Source: Planctomycetota bacterium (GTDB taxonomy: Bacteria; Planctomycetota; UBA11346). From it: a stretch of 59,115 nt of DNA. Numbering within the stretch: the stretch's first letter is position 1; every line of letters starts with the position of its first letter. The translations under genes were made by a program, and so were the position numbers. Shown here piece by piece: positions 45,163 through 53,931 of the stretch. Location of the stretch: NCBI GenBank assembly GCA_013696105.1, contig JACCZE010000434.1, forward strand, positions 1-59,115, in the 5' to 3' direction. The notes beneath the pieces were generated by a model. It did not search any database and was not told the DNA's origin. It was given only the letters and a program-made list of their open reading frames with translations.

Positions 45163-47163
45163 CTAATGCATCGAGGGAAGCACGATGCCGCGCAGGATGA
45201 AGCGCTGGCAGAAGATGAAGACGACCAAGGTCGGAATCGAGGCCAAGGTCAGGGCCGCGGTCATCAGGTACTTGGGCGCGGTGATCTGCATCTCGTACAG
45301 CCACACCATGAGCGTCCAGTACTCCTCCTTCTGGCAGACCAGGAACGCCCACATGAAACCGCCGTATGCCGCGGTGAAGGTGCCCAGCGCGATGACCGCG
45401 AGCACCGGCGCGCTCATCGGCACCGCGATCTGCCAGAACATGCGGAATTCGGTCGCGCCTTCGAGCGTGGCCGCTTCATAGACCTCTCTCGGCATGCTGT
45501 CGAAGAATCCTTTCAGGAGGAAGATCGAGAATCCATTCGCGACTCCGGGCAGGATCAGCGCCGAATAGCTGTTGAGCATGCTCACATCGCCACCGGGTAT
45601 CGTCACCGTATACGCCGTGCCGATGCTGATGATCCCGGCCACGACCAGACCGATCCACATGGGCGCCCGCTTGCCAACCGCCAACCACCAGATCGAGACC
45701 AGCATCGCGAACATCACGGTCCCCACCACCAACTGACCCAACGGGAATGATCGCAGCAGCAGGAAGCTGGGGATCATCGCGACCTCGGGCGGGAAGGCCA
45801 TGGTCGCGAGGCAGAACATCAGCAGGCGGTTGGTGTAAGGCAGGCGGAAACGCGACAGCGCATAGGCGGCGAGCGGATTGACCAGCAGCTGGGTCGCCAT
45901 GCTGAGAACGACCAGCACCAGCGTATTCCACACCGCGCGCCCATGGAGCAGGATGTAGTCCATGACCTCGATGTAATTGCGCGTGATGTAATGCCACCGC
46001 GACGCGGTGATCTGCGGCTGGAATGCACTGAGGTCAGCCTCCAGCGAAGGCAACGATATCTGCGACCACTCGGTATGGGTCGTCGCATAGCGCGCATTGA
46101 CCGCAGCGATGGTGCCGTACCTGCTTTCCAGGAATCTGCGATAGAGGCTCTCCGATGAGAGCACGGCCATGTCTTCCGGAGCGGCGGTGCGCAGAGTATC
46201 GAAGACCGCGGGGGCATGCGCGCCGATCGCCGGAAAGATCGGCCGATCGATGCCAGGAAGGACATCCCGGTCCCATGCATCCGAGCCGAGGCTGCGGGCG
46301 AGTTCGGAACGCAGGCCGACGAACGGCAGCGACAACCGGGATCGGACGAAGGCGGTCCAGGCTTCGCGCTGGGCCACCTGCACAGGCGCGCGCTCGGGCA
46401 GACGCGCATCCGCGAACGATGCGTACGAGGTAGCGAAGGCGCGGTTGAATTCAGCGAGGTCACGCTTGTAGCGGCTGCGCAGGAACGCTGCGTACGGCAC
46501 ATCGAGGCTGACGACGGCCATCGATTCGGCTCCGAGGGAGCGTTTGTACTCGAGGAAATCGCGATTCTTCTGCGTGGGATCAGGAAGGTAGTCCCGGTCG
46601 GCGAGGCGCTCGTAAGGGATGGAGACGCTGGTGAAGCTGCGCACGTCCTCCTGGTAGACCTTCCGGCATTCGGTGAAGTCGTCATTGAACCGCTTGGATA
46701 CGAACTCGCGGTATGCGGACTCGACCCTGCCGGTCATCCCTGGAGGACTCAGGAAGCAGAGGTTGCGATAGGACAACGGCAGGGTCGCCATGAAATCGCG
46801 CCAATCGATCATCAGCGCTTCGCGTGTCGCGGGGGGCGAAGCCAGCCAGGCTTCGCGCTGTTCGCGCGCGAGCGGGATCAGCTCACGGAATTCGAAGATC
46901 TCCTTGCCGTAGGCTTGCGTCACCATCGCCGGGCGGACGTACTTCTCTTCGAGGTACTTGGCGAACAGCACGTCGTCGTCGTGGAAGTACGCGGGGATCA
47001 CCCGGAACTCGTCGACATCGACGCTGCTCGTGACCGAGGTCGACAGCATCAGCGCCAGCGGGTAGACGATGGTGAGCGCCCCCGCCGTGAGGACGATGTA
47101 CAGCATCGCGATCACTGCGCGCAGCGAGAACGAGCGCCGGCCGACGTTGGATAGGATCGACAT
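45163..47163 (-). CDS. Carbohydrate-type ABC transporter permease (MalG-like core) with ~400-aa extracytoplasmic insertion
   Basis: Track ORF of 666 aa. TM1 is AVIAMLYIVLTAGALTIVYPLALML, followed by a long soluble region. The permease core carries the EAA loop YEAATLEGATEFRMFWQIAVPMSAPVL. Confidence 0.8.
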   Translation of the reverse strand: MSILSNVGRRSFSLRAVIAMLYIVLTAGALTIVYPLALMLSTSVTSSVDVDEFRVIPAYFHDDDVLFAKYLEEKYVRPAMVTQAYGKEIFEFRELIPLAREQREAWLASPPATREALMIDWRDFMATLPLSYRNLCFLSPPGMTGRVESAYREFVSKRFNDDFTECRKVYQEDVRSFTSVSIPYERLADRDYLPDPTQKNRDFLEYKRSLGAESMAVVSLDVPYAAFLRSRYKRDLAEFNRAFATSYASFADARLPERAPVQVAQREAWTAFVRSRLSLPFVGLRSELARSLGSDAWDRDVLPGIDRPIFPAIGAHAPAVFDTLRTAAPEDMAVLSSESLYRRFLESRYGTIAAVNARYATTHTEWSQISLPSLEADLSAFQPQITASRWHYITRNYIEVMDYILLHGRAVWNTLVLVVLSMATQLLVNPLAAYALSRFRLPYTNRLLMFCLATMAFPPEVAMIPSFLLLRSFPLGQLVVGTVMFAMLVSIWWLAVGKRAPMWIGLVVAGIISIGTAYTVTIPGGDVSMLNSYSALILPGVANGFSIFLLKGFFDSMPREVYEAATLEGATEFRMFWQIAVPMSAPVLAVIALGTFTAAYGGFMWAFLVCQKEEYWTLMVWLYEMQITAPKYLMTAALTLASIPTLVVFIFCQRFILRGIVLPSMH

Positions 47164-47171
47164 CTAGGCGC

Positions 47172-49889
47172 TCACTTGTTGGTGGTGAACTTCAGGTCTT
47201 TGAGGATCTTCAGCTGCCACACTGTGAAGCCGATGAGCATCGCCCCCAGGATCCAGGCGATCGCGGTGGCATAGCCGTATTTCAGGTGCATGAATGCGCT
47301 CATCCAGATCTCGAGACTGAGCGTGTGCGTGCTCTTGAGCGGTCCGGATCCGCTCATCACGAAGATGTTCTGCATCGCGTGGAACGCGCCGATGAATGCC
47401 CCGACGAAGTTGATGATGATCAGCGGTTTCAGGCTGGGCAGGGTGATGTTCCAGATCTTGCGCAGCGGTCCGGCGCCATCGAGCTCGGCCGCTTCGTAGA
47501 TGTCATCGGGGATGCCCTTGAGCGCGGCGAGATAGATCAGGCAGCCTGGCCCAGCGCCAGCCCACACCCCGGGAATGATCACGCACAGCAGCGACGTGTC
47601 CGGGTCCTGCAGCCATTTGAACGGCGGGGCCTTGTCCCACATCGACGCCACCCAATCCCATCCCCACATGCCCGCGAGCACGGTCAGCGCGGCTCCGGCG
47701 ACCATCGTGACCCAGGTCTGCGGAGGGCGCTTGGTGGCCGACTCGTGGATGTACTGATAGGCGCCGGCCAGGATCGCGAAGGTGAACAACGCGAGGACCA
47801 CGACCATCGCCTTGGGGGTCGCCGATCCGAGCGGAGACAGCAGCTGGTTCAGCATCCCATACTTGGTCGGGTCGAAGAACGACTTCCACAGGAACATGGT
47901 GATGAGTCCGCTGATCACCGCTGGCAGATAGTAGAGCACGCGGAAGAAGACCTTCCCCTTGGGGACCTCGTGCAGGAGGATCGCCAGGATGATCGGCGCG
48001 AAGAAGCCCGCTCCGAGCGAGAGGATCACGTACAGGAAGGTCACGCGGACGCCGATCCAGAAATCCTCCTGGTTCCAGGCCTCGATGAAGTTGTCCAACC
48101 CCACCCAATGGCTGTTGCCGAGCACGTGGTAGTCCTGGAAGGCCATCACCGAGCCCTTCAGGAGCGGGTAATACGACCACACCGCTATCGAGGCGATGGC
48201 CGCGAACAGGAACATCCAGGCGCGCAGGTGATGCCGCCATCCGCGGGCTGTCGACGACACCGTGTCGGCGGCGCTCGGCACCTCGAACGAACGCATGAAT
48301 TTCCAGGCGGCGAACAGGAAGACGCCGACCACCGCGACGAGGATCACCCAGGCATAGCTGCGCTGCCGCTTCATCTGCTCGGGAGGGACCACCCCCAGCA
48401 GCTTGCTGTTGGTCTTCTCGACGGCCCGATCCAGCAGGTTCTTCAGCCACTGCTCATCAGCGATATATGCGGGCGTGCCAGGAACGAGCGCAACCTTGCT
48501 CTTGGCGTCGCGGTCGTGCATCACCAGATCCAATGGCGCGAACAGCTCAGCGTAGATGTGCTGGCAATTCTTCCCGTACGGTTCGGGCTTGCCGGACTTG
48601 AACGCCTGGACGTTGGCGTCCTTCCACGCGTCGGACACCATGTCGAGATACTGCTCGAAGCCGAACTTCTGCAGGAGCGTGGGATTGACCATGTTCGCGT
48701 AGCCGGCCTGGATGAACGTCTGGGTCGAGATGCGCTTGGCGTCGTCCGAGCACTGGTGGCGGATGAATCTCCACGCCGCGTCGCGCGTTGCCTTCGAGGT
48801 CACCTGCGAGCTGATGCCCCACATGGCCGCGTTGATCTCGTTGGCTCGTCCGGCAGGACCGGCGGGAAGCGCCGCGAGACCGATGACTTCCGGCTGGATG
48901 TCGCCGGAAGCCAGCAGCAGCTCGGTGGTATAGCCGAACATCATCGCGCAGCGGCGTTCGCCGAAGCTCTTCGCGAGGTCGTCGAAGAGTTCGACCTTGG
49001 CGATCGGGCCCGAGTCCTCGCCCCCTTCCTCGATCGTGGTGGAGGTCTTCTCGGTGTTCATCAGCTTTCGCAGGTAGCGCAGGGTATCGACCGCTCCCTG
49101 GTCGTTGAACACCGCCTTCCACACGCCCTGGTCGTCTTCGACCACGACCTCGGTTCCGCCCTGCCACAGGAAGTTGATGAAGTGCCATCCCCAGTTGTCG
49201 ATGCCGAATCCGTAGATCTTCTTCCCCGGGTCCGCGAGCTTCTGGCAGTAGGCGAAGAGCTCGCCCCAATCCTTCGGCGGCCGCTCGGGATCCAGCCCAG
49301 CGGCGCGGAACAGGTCCTTGCGGTACATCAGGGCCATGACCACCGTGGCCTTGGGGAAGCTGTAGATGTGGCGCTTGCCATCGATGCCGCGCCGGCAGAT
49401 CACCTGCCAGATCGCCGGCTGGACGCCCACGTCCTCGGGTCGGACGTCCTCGAACGCGAGCGGAGTTCCCGGAGCGAGACCGCGCGCTTCGCGAGCCATC
49501 TCGACCACGTACTCGTCCAGCGGGTACAGGAAGTTCTGCCCGACGAACTGGTCCATGGTCCGGAAATTGACATACAGCACGTCGCCAGCGGAGCCGCCGG
49601 CCATCGCCATGGTCACACCGGCTTCGGCAGACGCCCCCGCGAGCCTCAACCCCTCGTACGGGATCATGGAGACGTCCGGGTTCTTCTTGAGGAAGTCCTC
49701 GACCACCGCCCGTTCGACCTTGTCGTTGATCGACTTGGCCTCTTTCCCCGCCAGTGCGCTGCCACCGGCCATCGCCGACAGCTTCAACCCCACTTGACGC
49801 TGGGAGCCTGCCTCCGACGATTCGCTGGCATGCGCGCACAGCGTCAGGAAGGTCAGGAAGGCCAGGACGGCCAACGCCGACCCGGACAT
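47172..49889 (-). CDS. Fusion protein: extracellular solute-binding domain (SBP family 1-like) plus MalF-like ABC permease
   Basis: Track ORF 47172..50066; the likely start is MSGSALAVLAFLTFLTLCAHA (49889), with 49934 as an alternative. A ~520-aa SBP-like region carries KDWGELFAYCQKL and GFGIDNWGWHFINFLWQGG. A TM and permease core follow with the EAA loop YEAAELDGAGPLRKIWNITLPSLKPL. Confidence 0.75.
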   Translation of the reverse strand: MSGSALAVLAFLTFLTLCAHASESSEAGSQRQVGLKLSAMAGGSALAGKEAKSINDKVERAVVEDFLKKNPDVSMIPYEGLRLAGASAEAGVTMAMAGGSAGDVLYVNFRTMDQFVGQNFLYPLDEYVVEMAREARGLAPGTPLAFEDVRPEDVGVQPAIWQVICRRGIDGKRHIYSFPKATVVMALMYRKDLFRAAGLDPERPPKDWGELFAYCQKLADPGKKIYGFGIDNWGWHFINFLWQGGTEVVVEDDQGVWKAVFNDQGAVDTLRYLRKLMNTEKTSTTIEEGGEDSGPIAKVELFDDLAKSFGERRCAMMFGYTTELLLASGDIQPEVIGLAALPAGPAGRANEINAAMWGISSQVTSKATRDAAWRFIRHQCSDDAKRISTQTFIQAGYANMVNPTLLQKFGFEQYLDMVSDAWKDANVQAFKSGKPEPYGKNCQHIYAELFAPLDLVMHDRDAKSKVALVPGTPAYIADEQWLKNLLDRAVEKTNSKLLGVVPPEQMKRQRSYAWVILVAVVGVFLFAAWKFMRSFEVPSAADTVSSTARGWRHHLRAWMFLFAAIASIAVWSYYPLLKGSVMAFQDYHVLGNSHWVGLDNFIEAWNQEDFWIGVRVTFLYVILSLGAGFFAPIILAILLHEVPKGKVFFRVLYYLPAVISGLITMFLWKSFFDPTKYGMLNQLLSPLGSATPKAMVVVLALFTFAILAGAYQYIHESATKRPPQTWVTMVAGAALTVLAGMWGWDWVASMWDKAPPFKWLQDPDTSLLCVIIPGVWAGAGPGCLIYLAALKGIPDDIYEAAELDGAGPLRKIWNITLPSLKPLIIINFVGAFIGAFHAMQNIFVMSGSGPLKSTHTLSLEIWMSAFMHLKYGYATAIAWILGAMLIGFTVWQLKILKDLKFTTNK

Positions 49890-50114
49890 CACACGGTGGA
49901 TGGCGCATCCCCAGCCGAAGCGACGATCGAGCATGGCGCGGACGATAGCGGGAGCACCAGCAGGGTCAGCTGGATTCCGCCTGAGGACCTTCGGGCTGCG
50001 TGTCAGCCTCGTTCTTGGGACTCGGGAGCCGGGAGTCGGGAGCCAGTGGGGCGCCAATCGCTGCAACGACCGCTCGGGGGACCTGAGGTCGCTATGTCTA
50101 CCCGTTGTCCCAGA

Positions 50115-51626
50115 TCACCGCGACGCGTCGAGTCCTTCGAATGGAGCGGCCACGGGTATGCCCGCAGCCCGGTTCTGGTCCACCTCGGATGCGGTCAGCG
50201 CGCGGCCGAAGAAGGCCAACATGTGGAACTCGGTGGTCAAAGTCGCCCCTGCGGGAGCTGCATCCGGAGACATCTCGATGGTCACGTCATCCAGCCGCGT
50301 GAGCGTGCCATAGGTCGTCGATACCGGGCCGAGGTCCTTGACCTGGATATCCGGAGAGCCGTCGTACGAGGTGAGCAGGAAGCGGCCGTCGACCTCGTTG
50401 AACACCATGGCGACGTGCCGGGGACCCTGGTCGCGTGAGCACGGGTTCAGCCACGTCGTGGAGGTGAATGAGGCATTGCTCATCTTCACCACGCAGACCG
50501 TCGGCGCCGACGTCGTCCCCCGCACCGTGGCCCAGAACTCGATGGTCAGGCCGTGGTTGCGCTTGATGCCTTGGATGAACTTGGCGGCGTTGCCCGTGAA
50601 CGAGATCCCGGTGCGTCCGCTCTTGTCGTTCAGGCCGTCCGGGGTCCAGGCGTCCGCCGGATCCCGGACGGCAAGGTCCATCGGCTCACCGATCCCTGAC
50701 ACGTCATGGACGCGGTCACCGCTCATCTCGTTGAACAGGTAGAGCGCCTTCATCCCGGAGTCGATGCGATTGGGCCGGACCCCGAAGTCCCCCTCTGCCG
50801 ATGCGAGCACGTTCTGTCCCGCCGCCACCGACACCGTCGCCCCGTCGGACAGCCGGCGATAGCTCACGGTGCCCTCGAGCACCTGCAGCAGCGTTCCCCT
50901 GGTGCTGGTCGCCAGCCCGAAACGGGTGCCGATCACCGAAGCCTCGGCGTACGGCACCTGCACCACCAACGGAAAGCCATCCGGCTGCTTCGCGACGTCT
51001 GCGCACATGGATCCCGACGAGAGCCGCACCTGCTTCCCGCGCGATGCGGACAGGATATCGACCGTGGTCGAGCGCCTCGCTTCGATGCGTGAGCCGTCCG
51101 GGTAACCGAGCACCACGTGGCCATCCGCCGAGCGCAGTGAGCTCGGGCCGGACACGCGCATGCCTACTGCAAGCGCCAGCACCGACGGCGAACCCGCGAC
51201 GGATATGGTGGCCGCTGGATCGAACTCCAGCACCGTGGCCACGGCCTGCTCTGGATCCGCCTTCTGCGGGATGCCGAAGAGAGCCAACCCGACACCGAGC
51301 GCGACGACCGCCGCCATCGCCAGCAGCGCCGGCCACAGCGGGCGTTGGCGTGACGACCGTGTGGTCCGTTCGATACGTCCGCGCATGTGCGACGAGAACT
51401 TCGCGCTCGCCCCCTTGCGGGTGAGCCGCGCTTGGACGCTGCGCAGGAACGCGTCCCGGTCGCGACCGAGCGAGCGCAGCGACGCGTCCATGATCGCCGC
51501 CTGACGCAGTCGGGAAGCGAGCTCGTCGGAGTCCTCCGCCGCCGCGACCAGCTCGGCCTGCTCCACGGCGGTCGCGCTGCCCTCCAGGCATTTCGCCAGC
51601 ACGTCATCGAACCGCTGCGAGTTCAT
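50115..51626 (-). CDS. FecR-like anti-sigma factor with C-terminal LamG/concanavalin-like domain
   Basis: Track ORF 50115..51662, trimmed to MNSQRFDD; the ATG at 51626 overlaps the sigma-factor stop as ATGA. It has an N-terminal anti-sigma helix region and a TM (LWPALLAMAAVVALGVGLALFG). A FecR-like beta region and a LamG-like tail (LTIEFWATV...HVAMVFN...FFGRALTASEV) follow. Confidence 0.75.
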   Translation of the reverse strand: MNSQRFDDVLAKCLEGSATAVEQAELVAAAEDSDELASRLRQAAIMDASLRSLGRDRDAFLRSVQARLTRKGASAKFSSHMRGRIERTTRSSRQRPLWPALLAMAAVVALGVGLALFGIPQKADPEQAVATVLEFDPAATISVAGSPSVLALAVGMRVSGPSSLRSADGHVVLGYPDGSRIEARRSTTVDILSASRGKQVRLSSGSMCADVAKQPDGFPLVVQVPYAEASVIGTRFGLATSTRGTLLQVLEGTVSYRRLSDGATVSVAAGQNVLASAEGDFGVRPNRIDSGMKALYLFNEMSGDRVHDVSGIGEPMDLAVRDPADAWTPDGLNDKSGRTGISFTGNAAKFIQGIKRNHGLTIEFWATVRGTTSAPTVCVVKMSNASFTSTTWLNPCSRDQGPRHVAMVFNEVDGRFLLTSYDGSPDIQVKDLGPVSTTYGTLTRLDDVTIEMSPDAAPAGATLTTEFHMLAFFGRALTASEVDQNRAAGIPVAAPFEGLDASR

Positions 51627-52210
51627 GCGTGCTCCGTGCTGGCGAGCTTCGCCTCGATGCACCGCCTCAGTACCTCGCGCGTCCTCGCCAGCATCTGGCG
51701 GATGGCTGCGGGCGTCGAATGCAGGATCGACGAGACGTCATCGGACGTGCGCCCCTCGAAATAGGTCATCGCCAGCACTTCACGCTGCTTCGGAGGCAGG
51801 TGCTCGATGCACTTCTCGAGGTCTCCTGCCTGCGGCAGATCGGGCGCCGCCGGCTCGTCGCGCACAACGCAGTGCTCGACGTGCTGACGGAAGAGACCCC
51901 TGTTGTCGCGCTCGCGCGCCCGGGTCCGCCAGTAGTTCGCGACCACGTGTCGGGCGATGGAGCGCAGCCAGGGAGAGAACGGGAGCGTGGGATCATAACG
52001 GGACAGGCTCTGGTACATCTGGATGACGGTGTTCTGGGCGACGTCGTCGACGTCGATCTCGGGCACCCCGAGCAGGTACAGGAAGCTGAACAGCGGACCA
52101 TGCGCGGCTTTGATCAGGGCCTCGGCTGCGTCCAGGTCGCCCTGGCCGCCGGCGACCGCCAACGAGCGCAGGTCGGTTTCGCTCATGGATCGTTCCGGTG
52201 GCGCTGCCAT
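51623..52210 (-). CDS. ECF (sigma-70 family group 4) sigma factor
   Basis: Track ORF 51623..52459, trimmed to the ATG at 52210 (or 52186, MSETD). Region 2 reads DVDDVAQNTVIQMYQSLSRYDPTLPFSPWLRSIARHVVANYWR. Region 4 reads LPPKQREVLAMTYFEGRTSDDVSSILHSTPAAIRQMLARTR. Confidence 0.85.
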   Translation of the reverse strand: MAAPPERSMSETDLRSLAVAGGQGDLDAAEALIKAAHGPLFSFLYLLGVPEIDVDDVAQNTVIQMYQSLSRYDPTLPFSPWLRSIARHVVANYWRTRARERDNRGLFRQHVEHCVVRDEPAAPDLPQAGDLEKCIEHLPPKQREVLAMTYFEGRTSDDVSSILHSTPAAIRQMLARTREVLRRCIEAKLASTEHA

Positions 52211-52232
52211 GCGCCGGCCATAGTCGGCCGGG

Positions 52233-53114
52233 TCACGCAGGAACCAGTGGCAAGGGAAGAGCGGACTCCAGACGTGGGTAGCACGCCTGCAGATGACGGT
52301 GGACTTCGATCGTCGACGATGAGATGAGCGGGCGGCGCTGCACGAAGTACTCGGAGATATCCTCGTCATCCAGCGGCTGGCGCGCCGAGCGCAGGAACGC
52401 CATGAGGTCGTCGATCTGCTCGGGACCGTAGAAGAAGCGGTACATGCTGCCCGGATCATTTCCGTATTTCTCGCACCAACGGGCCTGGGCGGTATCGAGC
52501 GCGATGCGCATCAGCACGGCGGGGGCGCCGCCGACCTTCGCGTACGAGCGGAGTTCGCCGATCCGTGTGAACAGCAGGGTACGCTCGTAGAACGCGGTAT
52601 GGCGGGGATTCACGGTGATGATCATGTCCGTCGCCCCCTCGAGGTAGGTGGCGGACAGGTGGGCCAGCCGGAACATCTGCTTGAGCGCCTCGGTCCCCTC
52701 GCGGAAGGGGACGCCCTCGCTCGCGAGCGAGATCATCTCGCAGGGGCGGCGGCCTTGCGTGCGCAGCCGGTCGAGTTCGTCGCGATACAGCGCATCCGCG
52801 GGCAGGCCCACGGGAGAGTCGAAAGCCACCGTCATCGTCGAGACGTCGTGCCCGCGGTGGGTGACCAGGAACGTCGTGGTGCTCGGAAGCGCATCGTGCA
52901 GGCCGTACCACAGGCCTTCGCGATTCGGCTCCGCGAATTCCTTCGCCAGATATGACCGGTAGACCATGGCCCAGGCGCGCCGGCGCATCTCGATGGTCGA
53001 AGCGACGTGGAGCCCGAATGCATCCTCGGCTCCGAAGCTGCGCGATGGCAGTGGGCGGCGCGATTGCTGGCCGATGGCGCGCAGGATCTCGGTCAGGCGT
53101 GGCTGGTCGTCCAT
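52233..53114 (-). CDS. FeeM-like N-acyl amino acid synthase / autoinducer-synthase-like GNAT-fold acyltransferase (tentative)
   Basis: Track ORF 52233..53177, trimmed to MDDQPRL (ATG at 53114, GGGAGA SD 8 nt upstream). The family resemblance rests on RRRAWAMVYRSYLAKEF, LVTHRGHDVSTMTVAFDSPVGLPAD, CEMISLA and ITVNPRHTAFYERTLLFTRIGELRSYAKVGGAPAVLMRIAL. Confidence 0.5.
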   Translation of the reverse strand: MDDQPRLTEILRAIGQQSRRPLPSRSFGAEDAFGLHVASTIEMRRRAWAMVYRSYLAKEFAEPNREGLWYGLHDALPSTTTFLVTHRGHDVSTMTVAFDSPVGLPADALYRDELDRLRTQGRRPCEMISLASEGVPFREGTEALKQMFRLAHLSATYLEGATDMIITVNPRHTAFYERTLLFTRIGELRSYAKVGGAPAVLMRIALDTAQARWCEKYGNDPGSMYRFFYGPEQIDDLMAFLRSARQPLDDEDISEYFVQRRPLISSSTIEVHRHLQACYPRLESALPLPLVPA

Positions 53115-53338
53115 GTGAGGTCTCCCGTCGCAGGTCCTTTCACCGTCGGTGCGACGCTGTGACGTGGACTCATCCATTCCGACGGTAATACGTGCCCCTT
53201 GGTCGCCTTCCGAGCTGCACCCAAAATCCTGATCGACAGCAGCTTGCGCGGCGCGTCAGACACCGGTGCCTGCCTGGAGCCGCCTAGCGCCGCGATAGCC
53301 GGCGCATTGCCGCGTACCTGCTGGCGCTACGCTGGGTC

Positions 53339-53824
53339 ATGGAGGTAGGCATGGAAATCGCGACGGTCGGAGCCGGATGTTTCTGGGGGGTCGAAGCGGC
53401 CTTCCGCCGCACCGCGGGGGTGGTGTCCACACGGGTCGGCTATCTGGGCGGGACTCTGGCGGATCCCACCTATGAAGACGTCTGCACCGGCACGACGGGC
53501 CATGCGGAGGTCGTCGAGGTGGTGTTCGATCCAGCCCGGGTGGATTACCGGGCTCTGCTCGAGGTCTTCTGGTCCAGCCACGATCCCACGACCGCGGATC
53601 GGCAGGGCCCGGACGTGGGTACCCAATACCGCTCCGCCATCTTCACCCACAGCGATGCGCAGCTTGCCGCTGCGTCGGAGTCGAAGGCCGCACGCCAAAC
53701 GAGCGGGCATCATCGCCGACCGATCGTGACCCAGATCGCTCCGGCGACGACGTTCTACTCCGCCGAGGAATACCATCAGCAGTACCTCGAGAAGCGCGGA
53801 ATCTCGAACTGCCATCTTCCCTGA
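53339..53824 (+). CDS. msrA: Peptide-methionine (S)-S-oxide reductase MsrA
   Basis: Track ORF of 161 aa. It has the catalytic motif GAGCFWGVEAAF, followed by GYLGG...PTYEDVCTGTTGHAEVVEVVFDP and DPTTADRQGPDVGTQYRSAIF. Confidence 0.92.
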   Translation: MEVGMEIATVGAGCFWGVEAAFRRTAGVVSTRVGYLGGTLADPTYEDVCTGTTGHAEVVEVVFDPARVDYRALLEVFWSSHDPTTADRQGPDVGTQYRSAIFTHSDAQLAAASESKAARQTSGHHRRPIVTQIAPATTFYSAEEYHQQYLEKRGISNCHLP

Positions 53825-53895
53825 TCAGCGCCCGCCTGCGACGTTCGATCCACGACCATCTGCGCTTCGGACGCGCAATGATCCACCGCGATACG

Positions 53896-53931
53896 ATGGA
53901 GCCTCCGTCCCACCGCTGAGGAGGCTCCATG
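53896..53931 (+). promoter_or_regulatory. SD-sequestering hairpin with a 7-codon upstream ORF in front of the oxidoreductase gene
   Basis: GGAGCCTCC (53898-53906) pairs perfectly with GGAGGCTCC (53920-53928). The second arm is the SD and abuts the ATG at 53929. The uORF ATG GAG CCT CCG TCC CAC CGC TGA (53896-53919) is translated through the 5-prime arm. Confidence 0.5.
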
